64,000 nucleotides of DNA, taken from positions 32,674,001 through 32,738,000 of the forward strand of contig CATNEN010000038.1 of NCBI GenBank assembly GCA_950097015.1, in the 5' to 3' direction. The translations under genes were made by a program, and so were the position numbers. The stretch comes from Macrostomum hystrix (Eukaryota > Animalia > Platyhelminthes). The notes under the pieces are model-generated. The model was given only the letters and a program-made list of their open reading frames with translations. It was not told the origin of the DNA and made no database searches. Shown here in pieces: positions 47,893-58,835 of the stretch (positions are counted from its first letter, which is position 1; every line of letters begins with the position of its first letter).

Positions 47893-49272
47893 CTATCTGC
47901 TTAGCGACACAATTTGCTCTGATCCGGGATTAGCTGGGCAAGTGCAGGTTCAACTTGGCCGAGGGGCAAGGAGAGCCGTGGGCCCCCCTAATCGGCTGAC
48001 GAAACTGTGTTGCGCCCCATCGTGCGACTAGTGGCGCCCCCATGGTAGTGGCAACCCCTAGTTGTTGGCACTAGCGCCCACTGGTGGTGGCGCCCCATGT
48101 GGTAGTGCATGGCGCCCCATGTGGTAGTGCATGGCGCCCCATGTGGTAGTGCATGGCGCCCCATGTGGTAGTGCATGGCGCCCCATGTGGTAGTGCATGG
48201 CGCCCCATGTGGTAGTGCATGGCGCCCCATGTGGTAGTGCATGGCGCCCCATGTGGTAGTGCATGGCGTCCCATGTGTTATAGTGGTGCCCCCAAAAGGC
48301 GCGGCCCCTAGAGAGAAATCCTGGCTACGCCACTGATCCTTTGCAATTATCTACGTATAGAGCCCCAAATATCACTATTGTCATTAACCCTAATTTACGT
48401 AGAGAGCCTCAAATAAAATCCTTGTAAAACATTTGTCATCAAAACCACTTAGCCAAAACCTCAACCTTGTCTACGTAGAGAACCCCAAGCCTTACCATTG
48501 TACTAACCATTGTCCTTAACTTTATTTTACGTAGAGATCCCCAGGCTCAGCCTTTTACAACCAGCGTCCTAAACCCAAATCTGTGTACGGAGCCTCGACC
48601 CCACAGCCTGGTACCTAGCTATCTAAAACCTAAACTGATATAATTAGGAGCCATTCTACATTAGTAACCACGTTTATCTTCAGCCTTATCTTCCATTCAC
48701 AAGTCTGATTGAAAGAATTAATTTTTCTTCCAGCCAAATTTCTTACAACAACGAGCGCTGTTGCAGTACAACATCACTAGCGACAAGCAACTGACGGCCA
48801 TCATGGACAGTACTGGGCAAGTGCAGGTTCAACTTGGCCGCCAGCTCCGGCGGTACGAACCGACCGCCTAAGAAATGAAACGGGCCGTTAAAGTGTGCAC
48901 ACATCTTAGGCGCAGTCAGCGAGACCAGACAATCTGGCTGGATTGACGTACACAAAAACACGCGGTCGGTGAGCGCTTCCGCCTAGCTTAGAGGCTGGCG
49001 GAAATGCCCGGTGCACGGCCTGGGCGCAGGCTAGTCCAGCCAGTTCCATCAGCTGCTCGACGCTGAATCTATACTCGGCGAACAGCTGCTCATCGACGCG
49101 TATAGCGGACGCCTGGTCTAAATAAGTCCAGCTGCTGCTGCTTTTTATCGCCTTTATCGCCGTTTGGAGAATCGGCGGCGACCGTCGGGACCTTCAACCA
49201 AAGCTCCCGATCGGCATCACGGGTGACTGTGCCTATATTGGCGGTTTCTGCCACCTGACACCCAAAGGCCAT
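47893..49272 (-). pseudogene. NAXE: NAD(P)HX epimerase (YjeF_N/APOA1BP) pseudogene, internally deleted and interrupted
   Basis: N-terminal part [43 protein letters not shown]...RVFV (~49125-48950) is fused out of frame to the C-terminal part [13 protein letters not shown]...[21 protein letters not shown] (48945-48815). The tail LPS(Y)PGSEQIVSLSR* lies at 47961-47893, beyond an insertion. The GPGNNGGDG core is missing. Confidence 0.85.
47963..48816 (+). repeat. Duplicate of 52078-52898 (MITE, intron and exon start of the MCT gene)
   Basis: Near-identical sequence with 8 versus 6 full 22-bp units, an 11-bp deletion and a few substitutions. Flanked by a 28-bp direct repeat at 47934-47961 and 48813-48840. 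Confidence 0.95.
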
Positions 49273-49449
49273 CAAAGAAATAGATTGAAGTGTGCAGTAA
49301 ATTCCGCAACTTGTGCGGTAAATGATACTCCACTTGATCTCCGTGCCATCCCTCTTCTGAGCTACTATGCAGTAAATCCCAGACGGGTATTGTCTATGGG
49401 CCGAAGGAGCTGGTCTTGCGCACACACACTTGGTCATAAATCAATGCAC

Positions 49450-49545
49450 TTATGCTAGGCTTCCTAGTGCGTAAATAGTCTATGGCACTCGTGCGCTGCG
49501 CGCACTCGTGCAAAGACTATTTACGCACTCGGAAGCCTAGCATAA
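49450..49545. mobile_element. Short palindromic non-autonomous element, Crypton-like hairpin
   Basis: TTATGCTAGGCTTCCTAGTGCGTAAATAGTCT pairs with AGACTATTTACGCACTCGGAAGCCTAGCATAA, around the centre GCACTCGTGCGCTGCGCGCACTCGTGC. Confidence 0.75.
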
Positions 49546-49764
49546 ATCTACCAATGCAAAGTGAAATAAATAATTTATTGCACTTGTGCAAATAAATGAA
49601 AAGCTTAAAAACATAGACAGCTGCCCGGGGCAAGTCGGGGGATACGTATAAGCTATGTAAATAACAGCTGCGCTTTTCAAACGAATATTGGAGTTCCTGA
49701 TCTGTTTGTATCGGCTAATAGATCTATCTAACACTCTTCATAATAATAGGTCATGAGGTAGAGA

Positions 49765-52700
49765 ATGCAAAATATATGCCAAACTATAACGTCTCAAATT
49801 GTAAACAGTTCAGCAAAAGAGGCGGAGAAGCATGTAAGTTGCATTATGTATGTACGTTAGATCATCCAGTTAATATTAGCTGTTTAATTATGCTGTCATT
49901 AAAGTAATAGTGTCGTGGGGTCAAGCTCAATGAGTTTGGTGCGATAGGCAAACGCGTTAACCCTCTTCCTCTCATGACACCAGTATTGATTAGTATATTT
50001 TAAGAATTTAAACATTCTGACGTCGTTTAACGCGTTAAAATTTGTTAATATTTATGCCAGGAAAAGGTGACGTTTTAAGACAAAGCCGGTATAGGCTCTT
50101 GTGAAATCCCAAGAGAGCTACTAAGAGTATAGAGTCTAGTGTTATTTCCAGAAAGCGGCGGCGACGTCACAGAAGAAACGCACCAGCATTGACAGCAGCA
50201 GCGGCAGCGGCAGCGTTGGCTCATCACCAGAAGTCGCCGCCGATTCAGCGAAGGCTGATCAGGACGACAAGGCAGACGCCGCCGACAAAGCACCTGAACT
50301 CGCAGTCATTCGAGACGCTGAAGAGATTCCCGAGTTTCACCCGGCCGACGGTGGATGCGCCGCTTGGCTAGTCTGCCTGACCTCATTCTGCACCAATGGC
50401 ACCATCTTCGCTGTGATCAATAGTTTTGGCATAATTAGCGAATGGCTCATCGCTAAATACGGGGCTAGCAAATCGATGGCTGGTAATGACTCGTTGGCCA
50501 GAATCATGCTACAAATTTAATACTGACATCTATATACCATATCAAAAAACGACCGATAACTATCTTTCTTCTGATGCACCAATATATTGTCACAAACCAT
50601 GATACATCATCACACACCATGATACATCATCACAAACCATGATACATCATCACAAACCATGATACATCATCACACACCATGATACATCATCACAAACCAT
50701 GATAAACCGTCACAAACCATGATACATCGTCACAAACTTTGATACATCGTCACAAACCATGATGCATCGTCGCAAGCCATGATACATCGTCACAAACCAT
50801 GATACATCGTCACAAACTATTTACATCGTCACACACCAATGATGCATCGTCACAAACCATGATAAACCGTCACAAACCATGATACATCGTCACAAACCAT
50901 GATACATCGTCACAAACCATGATACATCGTCACAAACCATGATAAACCGTCACAAACCATTTACATCGTCACACACCAATGATGCATCGTCACAAACCAT
51001 GATAAACCGTCACAAACCATGATACATCGTCACAAACCATGATACATCGTCACAAACCATGATACATCGTCACAAACCATGATAAACCGTCACAAACCAT
51101 TTACATCGTCACACACCAATGATGCATCGTCACAAACCATGATAAACCGTCACAAACCATGATACATCGTCACAAACCATGATACATCGTCACAAACCAT
51201 GATACATCGTCACAAACCATGATAAACCGTCACAAACCAATGATGCATCGTCACAAAACATGATACATCATCACAAACCAAGATACCTCGTCACAAACTA
51301 TTTACATCGTCACAAACCAATGATGCTTCGTCACAAACCATTTTAAGTCGCCAAAAGCCATGACACCTCGCCCCAACGCTATCCCTAGGCGCCATCGGTT
51401 CCTCGGCCATCGGTTGTCTATTTTTCTTCTCATTTTTGGCCAGCATATTAACAGACCGACTGGGCATTCGACCAGTGGCCATTGTCGGCGGCTTAATCTG
51501 CGTACTGGGCCTATTGTGCAGCTCGTTCTGTGATAGACCGGACCGCGTGTCCCTGCTACTACTAACACACAGCTTTCTATTCGGCATCGGGGCTGCATTG
51601 GTATATACGCCGAGCCTAGTCATACTTGGCCACTATTTCGAGCGGCACATGGGTCTGGCTAATGGCATTGTCACATTGGGCAGCGGCGTATTCTCAGTGC
51701 CGCTAACACATATGATGAAACCAGTTCTGTTAGATAAAATCGGTCTAGCTAATACGTTTCGAATTATGGCCATTCTAAGCGCTTTCATTATGCTCTATGC
51801 TCTCACCTGGACTCCAACTAGACCGGCGCGACACATCGAATTGGATCACTATTTGTCGCCGAGAAACTCTATAGTAGAGAGTTTGAGCGGATTTGGCACC
51901 TTCCTGGCTAAGTTTTGCAATGTCAGCATCTGGCGAAGTCGCGGCCTCATGGTCTGGATTGCGGCCTGTCCGCTGGCCATGGTTGGCTACTTTGTGCCGT
52001 TCGCCTTTCTGGTTAGTATCTGTGCCCCAAATCTCAAGCTTTTACACTGTACTTAGCAGGGGCGTAGCCATCAGGGGGGGGCAAGGAGAGCCGTGGGCCC
52101 CCCTAATCGGCTGACGAAACTGTGTTGCGCCCCATCGTGCGACTAGTGGCGCCCCCATGGTAGTGGCAACCCCTAGTTGTTGGCACTAGCGCCCACTGGT
52201 GGTGGCGCCCCATGTGGTAGTGCATGGCGCCCCATGTGGTAGTGCATGGCGCCCCATGTGGTAGTGCATGGCGCCCCATGTGGTAGTGCATGGCGCCCCA
52301 TGTGGTAGTGCATGGCGCCCCATGTGGTAGTGCATGGCGCCCCATGTGTTATAGTGGTGCCCCCAAAAGGCGCGGCCCCTAGAGAGAAATCCTGGCTACG
52401 CCACTGATCCTTTGCACTTATCTACGTATAGAGCCCCAAATATCACTATTGTCATTGACCCTAATTTACGTAGAGAGCCTCAAATAAAATCTTTGTAAAA
52501 CATTTGTCATCAAAACCACTTAGCGAAAACCTCAACCTTGTACACTCCTAATCTACGTAGAGAACCCCAAGCCTTACCATTGTACTAACCATTGTCCTTA
52601 ACTTTATTTTACGTAGAGATCCCCAGGCTCAGCCTTTTACAACCAGCGTCCTAAACCCAAATCTGTGTACGGAGCCTCGACCCCACAGCCTGGTACCTAG

Positions 52701-54844
52701 CTATCTAAAACCTAAACTGATATAATTAGGAGCCATTCTACATTAGTAACCACGTTTATCTTCAGCCTTATCTTCCATTCACAAGTCTGATTGAAATAAT
52801 TAATTTTTCTTCCAGCCAAATTTCTTACAACAACGAGCGCTGTTGCAGTACAACATCACTAGCGACAAGCAACTGACGGCCATCATGGACAGTACTGGAG
52901 GCGGAATGAGCCGTCATTGCAGCGGCAGTCACAACAGTAGCGTAGGAAGCGGCAGCAACAGCAGCAGCGGTGTCAACCCGGAGCTTCAACGCCAAATTAG
53001 ACAGTCGATGTCGGCCGCCGAGTCGGAAGCCGCCATGCTGCTGGTGTGCATCAATCTGGCAAGCAGTGTTGCCAAACTGACCGTAGGCAAACTGGCTGAC
53101 AGTCAGTGCGTCAACCGCATCCACCTGCAGCAGGCCTCCTTCGCTGCTTTGGGCGTCAGCATGCTGCTCCTGCCGCCTAGTCAGCACCAGACTCTTCTAG
53201 TCCTGCTGGCCCTGCTATTCGGCCTGTGCGACGGCGCCATCGTGTGCCTGACTGGTCCCATTGCGTTCGACCTCGTGGGGCCTCGCGGCGCTTCACAGGC
53301 CATCGGCTTTTTGCTCATGGCGATGTCTCTGCCCACTGCTCTGGGACCGCTGCTGGCAGGTGAGCTACACCTACCCATCGATCCTCGGTCATTGGTCAGC
53401 TCTGTAAACCCTCTCATTCTGGTTAGTCAGTCATTCTGATCGCTATCAACGATCCTGATTGGTCAGATCGCTATCAATGATCCTGATTGGTCAGATCGCT
53501 ATCAACGATCCTGATTGGTCAGATAGCTTTCAACGATCCTGATTGGTCAGATAGCTATCAACGATCCTGATTGGTCAGATAGCTATCAACGATCCTGATT
53601 GGTCAGCTTATTTCCCACCCTCCGATCTTGATTGGTCATTCGTTTCTCACCATCCGATCCCAATTGGCCAGATTGCCATCAACAATCCTGATTGGTCAGA
53701 TCGCTATCAACGATCCTTATTGCTCAGATCGCTAACCACTATCTTGTCTGGCCCCTTATCCACTTTATCATAAGCGAATCCCGCCTTAACTCGTCACAAA
53801 AATTGTCTAAATATTCAAGGCTACATCAATGACGTCACCGATCGATGGGACATCTCGTTCTACGCTTCGGGTATCCTTCCGATCTTAGCGGCCATGGTAA
53901 TGTATGCCATTCCTACAACCTCTCAGGCGAGTTAAAGCAATCGTATGATAAAAATTCACATCCAAATTGCAAATGCACGCGAAAAATTACAGTTTATACT
54001 AGTACATGTATAACATGATATTGGACATAGATATTGGAACATTCCATTCACAGACTTATCCAGCCGTGGTCTTCGCTGAAGATTTCGATCAGACTGCAAA
54101 ATCCAACTTGGACATTGGTGAGCGATGAAAATTACGCTATAATGAAAAGTTAGTTCATCGTAAAAGGTGGAAAAATTTTAGCCTCGCTGGACTTCAACGA
54201 AAATCGGTCATTTGGTTTGGGAGCTATCGAATGTATTCGATAATGTATTCAAATTCCCAATACCGGTGGCCTTATTACTGTTAAGCACAATGACAAAGAC
54301 AATGACTAAGCAATGACTAAGACAATGACTAAGACAACGACTAAGACAATGACTAAGACAATGACTAAGACAATGACTAAGACAACGACTAAGACAATGA
54401 CTAAGACAAGTACTAAGACAATGACTAAGCAATGACTAAGACAATGACTAAGACAATTACTAAGCAATAACTAAGACAATGACTAAGACAATGACTAAGA
54501 CAATTACTAAGACAATGACTAAGACAATTACGAGACAATTGCTCGTACTAAGCAATAACTAAGACAATGACTAAGACAATGACTAAGACAATGACTAAGA
54601 CCTCAAATGCAAATCCTGTGAAATTTCAGCCTACAATGCGACCCAAACCAAGGACCCAGTCAGCACCTGGACTAGAACCTATGTCGGCAACATCGTCGTT
54701 GAAGACGGTGGCACGATGTCAGTTAGGCGCAGCCTTCCGCTGCAGCTCAGTTTTGTGACTTCAAGAACCTCCGAGAGTCGGCCGGACGAGTTAAAAGTGC
54801 TCAAACTGTCAACACAGAAGGGTCACAATAGGTCGTCAGTTTAG
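49765..54844 (+). CDS. Monocarboxylate transporter family (SLC16, MCT8/MCT10-like) MFS protein
   Basis: Exons 49765-49833 (tentative), 50152-50482, 51389-52011, 52816-53359 and 53820-53926, then through a GC donor to 54054-54117 and 54630-54844. Alternatively it stops at 53935 if the GC donor is not used. Motifs PADGGCAAWLV...CTNGTIF, SILTDRLGIR, YTPSLVILGHYFERHMGLANGIV and GPIAFDLVGPRGASQAIGFL. Confidence 0.88.
50590..51345. repeat. 20-bp intronic tandem repeat
   Basis: Unit CACAAACCATGATACATCGT. Confidence 0.95.
52057..52406. mobile_element. hAT-like MITE with an internal 22-bp tandem repeat
   Basis: TIRs CAGGGGCGTAGCCA ... TGGCTACGCCACTG; internal (GGCGCCCCATGTGGTAGTGCAT)n; no clear 8-bp TSD. 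Confidence 0.75.
53435..53740. repeat. 28-bp intronic tandem repeat containing ATTGG (CCAAT) boxes
   Basis: Unit TCAACGATCCTGATTGGTCAGATCGCTA. Confidence 0.9.
54290..54600. repeat. 12-bp intronic tandem repeat
   Basis: Unit GACAATGACTAA. Confidence 0.9.
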
Positions 54845-55094
54845 CGGTTTTAAAGTCAAGAAGCGACAAGTCACGACAAAAAGTTCCGGTGCATGCTTAC
54901 AAATAACTTTATCCGTCTTTCTTTCAGAATAAACTTTTCTTTTTTCTCTGTAAAATGTTATTTGCTCTTATCAAAAAGAAGTATAAATGCGACCGTTTTA
55001 ACGGAGGTTCGGTTGAGATTTGAGCCCGCCATTGTGACGGAATTATTCTCTCATTTTTGCCTCTTAATTTGGTCGACGACTTTTGGGACTTAAG

Positions 55095-56335
55095 CGTTTA
55101 TTATTAGGAATTCGTTAATTATTTGGAATTCGTTGGTTATCCGGAATTCGTTAATTATTGGGAATTCGTTGATTATCCGGAATTCGCTGATTATTAGGAA
55201 TTCGTTAATTATTGGGAATTCGTTGATTATCCGGAATTCGCTGGTTATTAGGAATTCGTTAATTATTGGGAATTCGTTGATTATCCGGAATTCGCTGATT
55301 ATTAGGAATTCGTTAATTATTGGGAATTCGTTGATTATCCGAAATTCGCTGAATTTTAGGAATTCGTTAATTATTGGGAATTCGTTGATTATCCGGAATT
55401 CGCTGATTTTTAGGAATTAGTTGATTATCGAGAAGTCGTTGATTATTGGGAATTCGATGATTTTTTGGAATTCGTTGGTTTTTGGAAATTCGTTAATTTT
55501 TTGGAATTCGTTGATTATAGGGAATTCGTTGATTATTGGGAATTCGTTGATTATTGGAAATTCGATGATTATTGGGAATTCGTTGACTATTGGGAATTCG
55601 TTGATTATTGGGAATTCGTTGATTATTGGGAATTCGTTGATTATTGGGAATTCATTGACTATTGGGAATTCGATGATTATTGGGAATTCGATGATTATTG
55701 GGAATTCGATGATTATTTGGAATTAGTTGATTATTGGGAATTCGTTAATTATTGGGAATTCGTTGATTATCCGAAATTCGCTGATTATTAGGAATTCGTT
55801 GATTATCGAGAAGTCGTTGATTATTGGGAATTCGATGATTTTTAGGAATTCGTTGGTTTTTGGAAATTCGTAAAATATTACGAATTCATTGATTATTGGG
55901 AATTCGATGATTTTTAGGAATTCGTTGGTTTTTGGAAATTCGTAAAATATTACGAATTCATTGATTATTGGGAATTCATTGATTTTTTTGAATTCGTTAA
56001 TTTTTTGGAATTCTTTGATCATTGGGAATTCGTTGATTATCCGGAATTCGCTGAATTTTAGGAATTCGTTAATTTTTTGGAATTCTTTGATCATTGGGAA
56101 TTCGTTGATTATCCGGAATTCGCTGAATTTTAGGAATTCGGTAATTATTGGGAATTCGTTGATTATCCGGAACTCGCTGAATTTTAGGAATTCGGTAATT
56201 ATTGGGAATTCGTTGATTATCCGGAATTCGCTGAATTTTAGGAATTCGGTAATTATTGGGAATTCGTTGATTATTGGGAATTCGTTGATTTTTTGGAATT
56301 TGTTAATTTTTTGGAATTCGATGATTATTGGGAAA
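55095..56335. repeat. 18-bp tandem repeat containing EcoRI sites
   Basis: Unit GAATTCGTTGATTATTGG and variants. Confidence 0.95.
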
Positions 56336-56784
56336 ATAGACTTAGCAATCGTTAGTTTTTTTAAGTGAAGTATATATTCTGTTCCATTGTCGGAATGGAC
56401 TAATTTTCTGATAAACAAAATGTAACAACTATTCAAACCAGAAGGCTACTCAAAATTAAACTTTTGATTTCAAAATCAACTCAGGTCTCTGCAGAGACAT
56501 TTTACATCTCCATCTTAATTTTATTGCAAAAACAAACGCGGCGATAAGAATGACCGCTTCGTCCGGATAAAACGGAAACAGAAATATCTGTTAATTAAAC
56601 AAATTACGAGCAATAAAGCAATAAAAATTGTTTGGAAAAGGAACTCATAATTAAGTCCGAAATTTTATCACAGATTTGAATTCAAGCTAACCATTGGTCC
56701 ATAAATGAGAAGGTGATGTCAATGGGACAATTCCCTTCTCAAAGGGGTCAAGTATGGGCCGAAAAAGAGCTGAATCAAAGAAAA

Positions 56785-57450
56785 TAGGTCAATCAGGTGT
56801 ACTAGGGGGAGGTCAATCAGGTGTACTAGGGGGAGGTCAATCAGGTGTACTAGGGGGAGGTCAATCAGGTGTACTAGGGGGAGGTCAATCAGGTGTACTA
56901 GAACTAGGGGGAGGTCAATCAGGTGTACTAGGGGAGGGTCAATCAGGTGTTCTAGGGGGAGGTCAATCAGGTGTACTAGGGGGAGGTCAATCAGGTGTTC
57001 TAGGGGGAGGTCAATCAGGTGTACTAGAGGGAGTTCATTCTGGTGTACTAGGGGGAGGTGAATCAGGTGTACTAGGGGGAGGTTAATCCGGTGCACAAGG
57101 GGGAGTTCAATCAGGTGTACTAGGGGAGGTCAATCTGGTGTACTAGGGGGAGGTCAATCTGGTGTACTAGGGGGAGGTCAATCTGGTGTCCAAGGAGATC
57201 AATCAGGTGTCCAAGGGGAGGTCAATCAGGTGTCCAAGGGGAGGTCAATCAGGTGTCCAAGGGAAGGTCAATCAGGTGTCCAAGGGGAGGTCAATCAGGT
57301 GTCCAAGGGGAGGTCAATCAGGTGTCCAAGGGGAGGTCAATCAGGTGTCCAAGGAGGTCAATCAGGTGTCCAAGGGGAGGTCAATCAGGTGTCCAAGGGG
57401 AGGTCAATCAGGTGTCCAAGGCAAGGTCAATCTGGTTTACTAGAGGGAGT
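56785..57450. repeat. 24-bp G-rich tandem repeat
   Basis: Unit GGTCAATCAGGTGTACTAGGGGGA, shifting to ...GTGTCCAAGGGGA in the 3' half. Confidence 0.95.
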
Positions 57451-58835
57451 TCAATTTAAAACGCAAGAGTACATTTAAAATAAGTCAATCAATCAAACAC
57501 AACTGTCAAAGTGTCAATCAAAGGGCTATAAATATGTAAATAATGGAGTGTACGGAATATTGTGAATTGTGAGTGCATTAACACTAAAAGAGTGCATAAA
57601 ACCAATGTTGTTTTTTAAGTTGAGCAAACATTTTTGATCAGTTTTTCACCTTATTAGAATAGAGGTGAAAAACTGAATTGAAGTCGTTGCTCTTTGGCGC
57701 TAGTTTAAATTAACTAGTTATAACAAAATGTAAAAGAACAAGTTTCCCTTGATTCAAAAATTTATCTGTTAAAAAATTAGGCGAGATTCAGTAAAAACTC
57801 CTAAATTATGCACACAGAATTATTGTTGAGATCACTACTACTGCTTTCATGTTTTATGAGTAGCACATGTAGCATACAAAAATGGGATTCATAACCTGTA
57901 AAACATTCAGTTTCAAAAGCTAGCGCAACTAAACAAAATTTACTTGTAAACCACAACTGGTCATTATTCATTGAATTTATAGCTATTCAAAAAAGCATTT
58001 TTATAAATGCTTTTATAAATTATATACGAGAATAACAAAATCAGACAACAGAAAAAAAATTTTTTGCCGAGTTTTTTTATTTCGTATTCGGTATCTGATT
58101 TTAAAAAGAATAATATACTGCTAACTATAGATAACAGATAAAATATTTAGCTTTAAAGGTGAAATTTTTTGAAACCTAAACGCGAATTTAAAAAAGTAAA
58201 AACTGAATTTTTAGCTACAGGCAAGTTAAACAAAACATTAAAGCCAAAATTGCTTATAAACTCATCGCCATCATCATATTGAATCATCAATTAAAAATCA
58301 AGTGAAAAATCAGGCAAGTGCTAGCACAGTTTTTAGATGAAGTATAAAACACCAGCATATTGCCAGTCTTAATTGGTTTAAGACTTCGTATTTAAGTGCG
58401 AGTTAGTATTAGTAACTAGTCTCTAAATAAATTAGTAACTAATTGCTTCATCCAGCATGCTCACCTGATGCCCATATTGGCCCGAGGAGGCTCTAAGAAC
58501 CAGAATTCAAGTTTACATCGGGACAAAGAATTAGCCGATATGTATCGAAATATTTGTATCTCGGGTAAGTAGAACTCGTAGTAAAAATTTGCTTTGTGAA
58601 CCGATATTTTACCAATAACTATAGTCTTATCGTATTTTTATGCATACAAGGATTCTATGATTATGCTGCTACTATAAAAATGAAATGTCTAATTTTATTA
58701 CGATAGGCAATTATACAAACAGATGAAATACATACATAGATATTGGTCGGAAATCAGTGTTTCTTTTTTTTAAGTACGGTTGCTGCGCAGTTGTTATGCG
58801 GTTGCTAGGCGACTAGGCGCACGCATTGTTTTGCT

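Noticed and set aside
47963-48816. Assembly artifact as the explanation for the duplication
   Set aside because: The copies differ by repeat number, an 11-bp indel and SNPs, and the insert has a clean 28-bp target duplication. An artifact is therefore unlikely, though not excluded without reads.
55133-57478. IIGNSL, EFVDYW and GGGQSGVL repeat ORFs
   Set aside because: They are translations of 18-bp and 24-bp tandem arrays lying between convergent genes.
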